From: Antechinus flavipes
Taxonomy: Eukaryota
Assembly: GCF_016432865.1 (NCBI RefSeq)
Contig: NC_067403.1
Coordinates: forward strand, 245,272,001-245,336,000
DNA: 64,000 bases
Direction of reading: 5' to 3'
In this document: in pieces, positions 49,618 through 58,970 of the stretch
Layout: the number at the start of each line of letters is the position of its first letter
Position numbering within the stretch: the stretch's first letter is position 1
The notes under the pieces: model-generated
Seen by the model: the letters and a program-made list of their open reading frames with translations, nothing else
What the model was told of the DNA's origin: nothing
The model's database searches: none
Program-made: the position numbers and the translations under genes

Positions 49618-52281
49618 CTAATAATTCTTATGAGCACAATCAGCAACAGAACCACCCGATATTTCTTGGGTCTTCTCCTTTGTTTCAAGGGTCTGCTCCA
49701 TCTTTCTGCGATGGACAAGGCGAATGCGGCTCGTAGGCACCCATCTGATTCCTTCTCCACCTGTAGAGATGCAAGCAAATCCTCTCCCCCAAGCAGTTAG
49801 TCTATCTGGTCCCTTCCATTCACCACTTTCTGGGTCTCTCCACATCACCTGGCGATTATCTAAAGATAGTGGAGCTGCTCGCACTGGACACTGCTCTTCT
49901 GGTGGGTTATAAAACCTGTCTGCTGGAGCCAGTGCATCTTTATCAAAGATTAAAAAATTAATGGTATAGAGAACTAAATTTAGAAGTTCTCTAGGGTTAC
50001 CCGTGGCTCCTCCTTTCTTTTGTTTTTGGAGGAGTGTCTTAATGTCTCTGTTTCTTCTTTCTACTATTGCTTGACCTTGAGGATTGAAGGGTATGCCAGT
50101 AGTGTGTAGAATCTTATATTGTGCACAAAAGTGTTCAAAATGTTTGGAGGTATATGCCGGTCCATTATCTGTTTTTATTTCTTGTGGCACACCCATAATG
50201 GCGAATGCTTGAATGAGGAATTCAGTGACCACTCGGGCTGTCTCTTTTGCTGCTGGTATGGCAAAAGTGAATCCTGAAAAGGTGTCTACCACAACGTGGA
50301 TAAAAGACAGACGACCAAAAGATTTATAATGAGTCACATCCATTTGCCAGATTTCATTGGGTTTCAAACCACGAGGGTTCTTCCCTGGAGGCAGTGTAGG
50401 AGCATGGAAGGGAAGGCAAGCTGTACAGCTTTTCACTATGCTCCTAGCTTCTTCTTTTGTAATCCCAAACTGTAAACGCAAAGCTCGAGCAGCCTGATGG
50501 TATTTAGAATGGGATTCCTGAGCCTCCTGAAATAAAGGCGTACTGGCCAACATAGTTAAAAGGCTATCTGCCTTTGAATTTCCATCAAAAATAGGACCTG
50601 GAAGTCCACTATGTGAATGGACATGCAGGATATAAATCTTTCCTGGATGCTTTCTCACTTGCTCTTGAAGTTCCTTAAAGAGCTGATATATATTAGAAGC
50701 TGCAAATTTTATTTGGGCTGTGGCAATTCTTTGTACCACACCTACTGAATAGGCTGAATCAGATATTATATTTATGTCGCCTGGGTAATAAGTGAGAGCT
50801 AGCATGATCGCATATAATTCGTTCTGCTGAGTGGACTGAAAAGGAGTTCTGACTACTCTTTTTACGGTTAGATCATGAGAGTATACAGCACAAATATTTT
50901 GTTTGGCTGCGTCTGTAAAGATGGTTGGTCCTTCAAGAGGAACCTTAGAAACCTTCTCCTCAAAAATCCATTGCCAATTATGCAGTAGTCTGGTTATCTT
51001 TAATGGAGATCCATGTGCAAAATTTGGAGCCATGGCCAATAAAATCTGCCACTCTGGGATGGTTTCACAGCATACATTAATTTGTGCATTTGTATAGAAG
51101 GTATATATCTTGTCAGGTCTTGTCCCAGATAATTGTACTGCTCGCTTAATGGCCTTTAATAGAATTCTAGCCACAAGCACTGGGTAAGGCGTAAGGCTTT
51201 GTTCTGGTTGTGCTGGGAGGTTCACCCACTCTATCACACTGTCTCCTTGATGAAGGACTGCTGTGGGTGCTTCTTTTGTAGCAAAAACTGATATTTCCAA
51301 GGGTTTTTGAGTTACTCTCTCAACTACATTGGATAAAGCCAGTTCAACTTCTCTCAAGGTCTCTTGAGCTTCTTTTGTAAGCCGGCGTGGTGAATTTAAA
51401 GCAGTGTCTCCCCTTAAAATGTCATATAGGGGTTGCAATTGATTGGTAGTTAAACCTAATACTGGACGCATCCATTGGATATCTCCTATTAATTTTTGGA
51501 AATCATTTAAGGTGTTCAACCTCTCTGTTCTTAAAGACAGTTTTTGTAGTGTAAGTGCCTTAGGATATATTTCATATCCTAAATATTGAAAAGGAGCATG
51601 TCTTTGAATTTTTTCTGTAGCGATATGAAGTTTGTAGTATCTTAGTGTTTCTATGGTTTTTTGTAGACATGCTTCTAGAATTTGTTCCTCCGGTGCACAT
51701 CCCAAAATATCATCCATATAATGTAATAGCATAACTTTTGGAAATGCTTTTCTTATTGGAGCAAGAGCAGCAGCAACATACATTTGACACATAGTGGGGC
51801 TGTTCTTCATACCCTGTGGCAAAACCGTCCATTCATATCTTTTATAAGGCTCAGCTAAATTGACACTGGGCACCGAAAAGGCAAATCTCTTCATATCCTC
51901 CTTATCCAGAGGAATGGAATAGAAACAATCCTTGATGTCTATAACCCAAAGAGGCCATTCTCTAGGAAGCTGAGTAGGAGATGGAAGTCCAGGCTGAAGA
52001 GTTCCCATAGTTTCCATCTGTTCGTTCACTTTTCTTAAATCAGTGAGCATCCTCCATTTTCCCGATTTCTTTTTTACAACGAACACTGGGGAATTCCAAG
52101 GACTTAGAGAAGGTTGTAAATGCCCTTGTTCAAGCTGCTCCTGTATTATATCTAATAAGGCCTGAATTTTATCGCTACTTAAGGGCCACTGTTCTATCCA
52201 CACTGGTGTATCAGTTTTCCATTGGATAGGAATAGGTGAAAGTGTTGGCAGGCCTTCAACAGCAGCCCTGCTTAAAAAACC
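49618..52281 (-). CDS. pol: Pol (reverse transcriptase, RNase H, integrase), about 887 aa from the predicted frameshift, open
   Basis: LPQGMKNSPT and YMDD; RNase H IFTDA / NELYA / SDSAY; integrase HHCC zinc finger and D-D-E (WQMDVTH, KTDNGPAY, VERRN). Confidence 0.97.
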   Translation of the reverse strand, partial: GFLSRAAVEGLPTLSPIPIQWKTDTPVWIEQWPLSSDKIQALLDIIQEQLEQGHLQPSLSPWNSPVFVVKKKSGKWRMLTDLRKVNEQMETMGTLQPGLPSPTQLPREWPLWVIDIKDCFYSIPLDKEDMKRFAFSVPSVNLAEPYKRYEWTVLPQGMKNSPTMCQMYVAAALAPIRKAFPKVMLLHYMDDILGCAPEEQILEACLQKTIETLRYYKLHIATEKIQRHAPFQYLGYEIYPKALTLQKLSLRTERLNTLNDFQKLIGDIQWMRPVLGLTTNQLQPLYDILRGDTALNSPRRLTKEAQETLREVELALSNVVERVTQKPLEISVFATKEAPTAVLHQGDSVIEWVNLPAQPEQSLTPYPVLVARILLKAIKRAVQLSGTRPDKIYTFYTNAQINVCCETIPEWQILLAMAPNFAHGSPLKITRLLHNWQWIFEEKVSKVPLEGPTIFTDAAKQNICAVYSHDLTVKRVVRTPFQSTQQNELYAIMLALTYYPGDINIISDSAYSVGVVQRIATAQIKFAASNIYQLFKELQEQVRKHPGKIYILHVHSHSGLPGPIFDGNSKADSLLTMLASTPLFQEAQESHSKYHQAARALRLQFGITKEEARSIVKSCTACLPFHAPTLPPGKNPRGLKPNEIWQMDVTHYKSFGRLSFIHVVVDTFSGFTFAIPAAKETARVVTEFLIQAFAIMGVPQEIKTDNGPAYTSKHFEHFCAQYKILHTTGIPFNPQGQAIVERRNRDIKTLLQKQKKGGATGNPRELLNLVLYTINFLIFDKDALAPADRFYNPPEEQCPVRAAPLSLDNRQVMWRDPESGEWKGPDRLTAWGRGFACISTGGEGIRWVPTSRIRLVHRRKMEQTLETKEKTQEISGGSVADCAHKNY

Positions 52282-53137
52282 GAAGTACTCATTTTTAACC
52301 CCAATTGTTGTAAAACGTCTCTTCCCACAGATTGATGGGGATTTTTTCAACTATAAAAGGAGTAAAAACTCCTGTTTTGCCTTCAAAAGTCCATCTCATA
52401 GGGGCAGCACTAACTTCAGCTGCTATTGATCCTCCTACTCCAGACATATAGGTATCTGCTTTAATCTTTGGCCAGTGACTGGGCCAACTGGCACCTCTAA
52501 TAACTGTACGATCCGCACCTGTGTCTACCAATCCTTCCAATGGTAGGCCATTTATATAGATAGTGAGCATAGGTCGGTCAGCCGTTACTGCTGCTGTCCA
52601 GTATATTTCTGGTTTTTGTGGTCTGGAGTCAGAACCTGGGTGACTATCACGAGGCTGCTTATTAGGATTCTGTATGAGTAACCCTGATGCTACTACGTCT
52701 CCTGGGTGATAAGTCACACATTGACTACCTGTATTAGTGACTGGGATATTATCTACACATTCCCCAGTTTCCCACATCAGTGTGTGGATGGACACTGTTT
52801 TGTACATACAAGAAGGTGAAATGGTCAAGCCTACTGTGCCTGGAGGTAAGGGATCCATAGGCTGGAGAGGAACAGATTTCACCTCTCCAGGGGGTATCTC
52901 AGTTGTCCCAGCTGCATATAGCTCTATTCTCCCCAATTGTAATTCCCTTCTGCCATCAGGTTGCTTCCTGGCTGGTTGACTGTGTAATCCCCTTCTCCCA
53001 TCGTATGGCTTTCTGGCTGATTGGTCATGTCTGGGTACTGGACTTCTAGGCACTCTCTGGGTGCACCATTGGCTGCCATCATGCCCCAAGTATTTTTTGC
53101 CTTGGGCCCTGGGGCTGGGCCCCTCATCCCGTTTCCC
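52272..53137 (-). pseudogene. pro: Pro (degenerate dUTPase-like domain plus aspartic protease) with a 1-bp deletion near the C-terminus
   Basis: LVDTGAD active site. Restoring one G at 52324-52326 gives INLWGRDVLQQLGLKMSTSVF*; as assembled it stops at 52295. Confidence 0.9.
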
Positions 53138-53784
53138 TGAATCTGTCTGCATTCTGAGGCCCAATGGAAGCCTCTGTTGCATTTTGGACATGGGGTTTGG
53201 GGTCTTGTTCTCCCACCTTGTCTTCCCATTCTATCTCTATACCAACATTGAGCTTTCAGATGTCCTACTTTTCCACACTGAAAGCATCTACGAGTCTCTC
53301 TGGAAGTCCCTTGCCAAGAGGGATTCTGTCTTCTCATGTTTGGATTTTGGGAAGTCTGCATCATAGCCTGGCTATAAAAGGCACCTGTGTCCACTGTGGC
53401 ACAGCGTCTTATGAGTTCCTCTAAAGGAGCATCCTTGCGCAGTCCTAGTATAATTCTTCTGCAAACCTCATTAGCATTTTCCTTAGCAAGTTGCCTTATC
53501 AAGATGTCTGTTATTGCATTTTCTCCATTTGTTCTTATGATAGCTGTCTGCAAGCGTCCCACAAAGTCAGCGAAGGGTTCATTTGGCCCTTGTGTTATTT
53601 TTGTGAAGGCCCCCCCTTTGTCGTCTTTATTGTGAAGAGAAGCCCACGCTTTGATACAAGTTACAAGTAGCCCTTGATCTTCTATCAGCTTAAGCAGGCT
53701 TTCTATAGCACCACTCCTGGGTGGGTCTGGGGTTGGGGGGGTTGGGGTGGGGGATGGAGAATCTTTACCTAGGATCTGTCCCAT
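52924..53784 (-). CDS. gag: Internally deleted Gag, 286 aa (MA N-terminus fused to CA C-terminal domain, NC)
   Basis: MGQ myristoylation-type start; MHR ITQGPNEPFADFVGRL; two CX2CX4HX4C knuckles (CFQCGKVGHLKAQC, CPKCNRGFHWASEC). Confidence 0.93.
   Translation of the reverse strand: MGQILGKDSPSPTPTPPTPDPPRSGAIESLLKLIEDQGLLVTCIKAWASLHNKDDKGGAFTKITQGPNEPFADFVGRLQTAIIRTNGENAITDILIRQLAKENANEVCRRIILGLRKDAPLEELIRRCATVDTGAFYSQAMMQTSQNPNMRRQNPSWQGTSRETRRCFQCGKVGHLKAQCWYRDRMGRQGGRTRPQTPCPKCNRGFHWASECRQIQGNGMRGPAPGPKAKNTWGMMAANGAPRECLEVQYPDMTNQPESHTMGEGDYTVNQPGSNLMAEGNYNWGE
53083..53137 (-). promoter_or_regulatory. gag-pro -1 ribosomal frameshift signal (G GGA AAC plus H-type pseudoknot)
   Basis: GGGAAAC, spacer, then GGGCCC-A-GCCCCA-GGGCCC...UGGGGC, the same layout as the SRV-1/MPMV gag-pro signal; the -1 frame is the pro ORF. 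Confidence 0.88.
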
Positions 53785-53847
53785 TTTAGCCAAAAAAGGT
53801 TGTACTCACTCAGTTCCTGGTCACTGGAGACTTCTTGTGAAAGTAGG

Positions 53848-53865
53848 GTCCCTGTTCGGGCGCCA
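53848..53865 (-). promoter_or_regulatory. Primer-binding site, tRNA-Lys3(UUU)
   Basis: TGGCGCCCGAACAGGGAC, an exact 18-mer located 3 nt inside the 5' LTR boundary. Confidence 0.95.
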
Positions 53866-53868
53866 AAA

Positions 53869-54467
53869 TGTTAGAGTTCAAATGTTGGAGTTTGTTCTTC
53901 TCAGGGCACAGCCGGTTTAGAGGCTTAGAGCCCTTCGGATGTCTCCAAATCCAAAGGTTCTGTCCTTCAGCCTCTGCCTCTGCCTTCTTCTGCCTCCAAC
54001 AGAGATGGAAGATCTCTCTTATCTCCTTCTGGGGGGCCCAGGCACCAATTTGCCGCGGAGAGAGGGCTTCTGGCGTAGCTCCACTGAAGTCTGTCAAAAG
54101 TGTTCTCTGCAGCAGAGTCGTTTCTCTCGAGTCTAGCGCGATCAGCCAGCCAAGAGGAAAAAATGTATTCTGCCATAGATCCTTCATCGCTGGCTTTTTA
54201 TCTGCCTCTTCTGAGAGAATGGGATTATGGGTTTTCTCCCATAGTGCTCTCTGGCCCAATGACTTTAAGGGAGGTGTGAACTCTCTTGAAGTTAGAAAGT
54301 GTACTTTGTGAAGCTAGCATACTTGTGGAGTCCAATGAGTAAAGGTGGGAACACAAGCCTTGTCTTGATTAGTTCTACTTAGTACCTTGTTTCAGGTTCT
54401 GGCCAAAACAACTTCTTGTAAGATTAGATCAACTCTAATTACTTAGCAGTTAGTAAGGATTCCAACA
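53869..54467 (-). repeat. 5' LTR of the young provirus
   Basis: Identical by eye to 48740-49338; GATAAAAAG TATA-like element. Confidence 0.97.
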
Positions 54468-54991
54468 GTTATTAGAACCTTTTCCTAATATAACCATAAT
54501 TTTCTTTTGAAAATAGCACTTCTGTTTTGATACATTCATTAACTGCTCCTATAGTAGAAGTATACAGAAAATGTCATCTGCATCCAGAAAAAGATCTGAG
54601 ACTGAACATAAATCAACACATACTATGTTCACTTTTTTTTTTCTGTTTTTTAGTCTCCCAATTTTTTTTTCCTTTTGTTCTGATTTTTATCTCTCAACAT
54701 GTTTCATAAAGCAATGTGCATTAAAAATAAATTTACTACAATAAAAAGAATATAGTTACAAAGTAGAAGCAATAGAAATTTTAAAAGTCACATAAGAAAT
54801 TAAAATCAGAAATCAATGTTATAGTGTCTAGAATTAACTGTGTATACTCAACCATCCAAAGTACATGAAAAAAGAAAAAAGAAAAGAAAGAAGAATTTGC
54901 AGTTCTAAAGTAAGGAGCCAAATTGGAAATCTCAATATCTCAAACATTTGATGAAACAACCCCAATACTTAAACATGGCTCTATGAAAATA

Positions 54992-55028
<37 letters not shown>

Positions 55029-55806
55029 TTCTTGATCTAAGGAAACAGAATTGATAAAATGTTATAAATGCATTAAAATATAGAATCAAAATGAACAAGA
55101 CAAAGATATGTACATAATGGTAACTGGAGGAAAAAACACTTGAATTACTTGTCAATGGAATGCAATATAGATGAAATGGAAAGAAACAGAGAAAGTAATA
55201 CATTCAAAAGAGTTCATGATACTGGAAGAAAGATCAACTATATTAATACTAAAGAATTTCAATTTTCCANNNNNNNNNNNNNNNNNNNNNNNNNNNNNNN
55301 NNNNNNNNNNNNNNNNNNNNNNNNNNNNNNNNNNNNNNNNNNNNNNNNNNNNNNNNNNNNNNNNNNNNNNNNNNNNNNNNNNNNNNNNNNNNNNNNNNNN
55401 CTTTTGCTCTCTTGCTCTCTTTGTATATGTGTGTATCTATTTCTCTGTATTTATAAGCTAGTCTTTGATCTTTGTCTCTCAGTTTCCTTTTCTCACTCTG
55501 TCTCTACCTGTTTGTCTATTCTTGTATGTCTATCTTTGTTTTTGGGTGCATCTATGTTTTTCTCAGACTCTGTTTCTCTCTGCCTATCCTTCTCCCCTTT
55601 CCTACAGTGACAGAAAAGCTCAAAAGATAATAAAATAAAATGTGATACAACCAAAGCTTAAAGGAATGATGGACATTGATCTCAGGCCCAAAAACAATTG
55701 TAGAAGAGTTTAAAATATTCTAAATGTCAAAGAAACTAGATAGAGTGAAATTTGGAAAATAAATTGATGTGAGAGAATTATGGAAAAAAAGTCAATGGTG
55801 AAGGAG

Positions 55807-55853
<47 letters not shown>

Positions 55854-56109
55854 GGGATTTCCTTTTTACAATTTTTCCCCCAGGAAAACTTGAAAATACT
55901 TACATGAAGAGATGCAAAGTAAAATGAGCAGAATGATGATTTCATCACATATATTTATTGAAATACTGTATAACGATCAAGAATGAATGTTTTAGGTATT
56001 CTCAGCAAAACAATGACTCAATATGATTCTAAAAGACTAAAAATGAAAAAAAAATGTTATTCATATAAGAAAAAGCCTGAAAGGAGTCTGAATGTAGATC
56101 ACAGCATAC

Positions 56110-56285
56110 TTTTTATTATTATTATTATTTATTTATTATTTATTTATTTTTGCTAAGGCAATTGGGGTAACTGTGACCTAAGGTCACACAGCTAGGAGGT
56201 GTTAAGTGTCTGAAGCCAGAATTGAACTCAAGTCCTCCTGACTTCAGGGCTGGTACTCTAACCACTGTACAACTTAAAGTGCCCC
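56110..56285 (-). mobile_element. WSINE1-like SINE
   Basis: (TTA)n tail, GCTAAGGCAATTGGGG...GGTCACACAGCTAGGAGGTGTTAAGTGTCTGAAGCC. Confidence 0.78.
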
Positions 56286-57229
56286 TTTTTCTTTATTTTT
56301 CTATTTTTGAAGTTTTTTTTTTTCTTTCAGCACATGCCTTATAAGGAAGTATTTTCCATGACGACACAAGTATAACATAATGTTAGAATGCTTCTCTTCT
56401 CAATGACAGTGGAGGAGAGGGAGGAGGAATTCAGAGTTTGAAATGTCATCTTACTTGTAATGTGGTAATAAATAATTAAAATGAAAGAAAAAATCTGCAT
56501 ATTCATATATAATCACCATGTTGTTGAGTTGCATATTTCTCTTGCTGACTCTATGGGGGTTTATTGGCAAAGAAACTGGAGTGGTTTGCCATTTCCTTTT
56601 TTAGCTCATTTTATCAATAAGGAAGTAGAAGCAAATAGCTAAAAGGGCTTGCACAGAATCATCCATCTGGGGTCTGAGACCACCTATGAACTCAGATATT
56701 CCTGATTGACAGTTTTATATTTTATTTCTTGTGCCACCTAGCTGTACACTTACAGGGTATGTATATTGTGCAAGCTTTGGGCAATATTGACCAAAATCAA
56801 ATTCATTACATATGTAAGAGGTCTTATATATTATATATTACAGATGTTAAGAGGTTATATATGTATAATATGAGAATTCAGTCCCAGAAGAGATTAAAAA
56901 TGAAAACATAAATAACAAGGTCCAAGAGACCTTAGGCTGTATAGCTGGTCAGATTACAAAACTTAAAGAATTCAATGACAAGGCAAAGAGCAAAGTCAGG
57001 TGATTTTAGGATGTGATAGGTCCACTGGGAAGACCTGGAAGCCCCCTATCTTGATTGGTAGTAATGTCTTACCTATTCAATTATTGGTGTCTCAACCTCT
57101 ATCCCTGGTGGAACATTACATAAATTTGCTCAGACCTCCTCCTTTGAAGCAAATTTGGGGACAAAGAAGAGAAATAACTTGTGAAAGTCATCCAGGAAAA
57201 ATAGATAATGGACCTAAGATTCAAACCTA

Positions 57230-58250
57230 TTTTTTTTCTGATGAAGTTCTATGCATTTTCTTCTACTTATTTTTTTTTCATTTTTTAGTTTTGTTTGATG
57301 AATTCTTTTCTCATTAAGTCATTTACTTCCATTTGTTCAATTCTAATTTTCAGTGAATCATTTCTTTGAGTTCGCTTTTTGTTACCTCCTTTCCCATTTC
57401 AGCAACTGAAATTTTAAATGAATTGTTTTGCTCACTGTTTTTTTGTTTTTCCCATTTCAAGAATTCTAATTTTAGGGTGTTTCTCTCATTTTCCATTTCA
57501 CCAAGTCTTTTTTTCAAAGAAATATCTTATCTTTCCATATCATGAAATCCATTTTAAAGGACTGGAAAGTGTGTTTCCTTTTCCAAACCTCTTAATTCCT
57601 TTCTCCATTTTTACTCTCCCTTTTAAGATCTTTTTTGATTTTTTTTTCCAATACAGCCTTTGGAATTTGAAAGCAGCTCATATAATCCTTTGAGGCTTCT
57701 GCTGAATGTGAGTTTCAGGTCAATTTTTCCTTGTCTCCATAACAGTTATCAGNNNNNNNNNNNNNNNNNNNNNNNNNNNNNNNNNNNNNNNNNNNNNNNN
57801 NNNNNNNNNNNNNNNNNNNNNNNNNNNNNNNNNNNNNNNNNNNNNNNNNNNNNNNNNNNNNNNNNNNNNNNNNNNNNNNNNNNNGTTGATATGTGGTTTT
57901 AAGGCAAAGGAGAAAATTATTCCAGGCTTCTTCCATACAAAACAATGGCTTCACAGTGCCCTGGGGCAGTGCTGCTAACTGCTTTCTTATGCTGGATGTG
58001 TGTGACCAAGTCCCATCTTTTTTGGTGGGGTTTAAGGGCTCATTATTTGCCTTCTATACTTGTACTGGATGTCTCACAGCTAGTCTCTTGATACACTAGC
58101 TTCTGAACCAGAATAGAATAGTCAGTGCTACTTTATTTTGGCTAAGAAACTCCCTGTAGATTTTCCTCACAAGTGGAGGCCTCTCCACCCTGGGCTTCCC
58201 AGTGCTGCCTCCCTGACTGTTGAATTGAGAAAAGCCTTTCCTGAAATTGT
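57230..58250 (-). mobile_element. Degraded LINE-1 ORF1/5' region (spans a gap)
   Basis: T-rich plus strand (A-rich sense strand) resembling the marsupial L1 ORF1 coiled-coil region; recognised by pattern only. Confidence 0.5.
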
Positions 58251-58849
58251 TCTAAAATATCTTCTGATGGAAATTGATTATACTCCATATATTTATGGAT
58301 TCTGTCACTTCAAAACCTATTTTGTATCGATTCTGAAGAAAACAAGAAATAGCTCAGACAAAGACATGTCTACCCTCTGCCCTCTTGGCTCTGCCCCAAA
58401 CCCATATCTACTGATGCATAACTATGTGGTCCTAGCACTTTCCTTCTGCTCTACCCAGTATGAATGCACTAGAATACCTTCCCATGATCTAGAATAACTA
58501 TGCCAAATGTTTCATTAAACTATGAGATGCTATAGAATAGATAGCTCCATGATATTAAGAGCTGCATTTTTCTAAATATTTCCTTTGAAAAATTGAAGAG
58601 AATAAGTAATTAAATGTTTCAATTATGATAGTGAATGATTAAAAAATTCCCTACTATTTGATAATTGCTTTTCTCCACATAACACTGTGGAATAAGGAAT
58701 GGAAAATAACATTGTTTTCATTTTACAGATCAGGAAGCGAAGATGAAGAGAAATGTATCCTTACAATAAAGAGATACATCTCGTTCTGTCTAAGGTCCCA
58801 ATATAATCCCTTGACTCAAAACTCAGAATTGTTTTCCCTTATAAAATCT

Positions 58850-58970
58850 TGCCTCATTAAAAGTGATTTGATGATTGGACTTTGAGCCAGAAGATGTCTT
58901 TTCTCATTAAAAAAAAAAAAAAAAAGAAGAAAAGAAAATGGCCTGGGAGAGGAGCTATCCCCAGAGAGCT
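58850..58970 (+). promoter_or_regulatory. Putative OR promoter block for gene C'
   Basis: CTCATTA at 58853 and 58903; TCCCCAGAGA 58958-58967; donor AAG|GTAAGT at 59460. Confidence 0.55.

Larger units (their letters stand above)
48740..54467 (-). mobile_element. Young betaretrovirus-like (ERV class II) provirus, 5728 bp, env-less, gag internally deleted
   Basis: Two 599-bp LTRs with no difference seen by eye; TSD GTTATT (48734-48739, 54468-54473); Lys3 PBS; PPT; gag-pro-pol order. Confidence 0.97.

Noticed and set aside
56920-57200. Possible additional LTR fragment
   Set aside because: No TG...CA ends, TSD or second copy could be identified.
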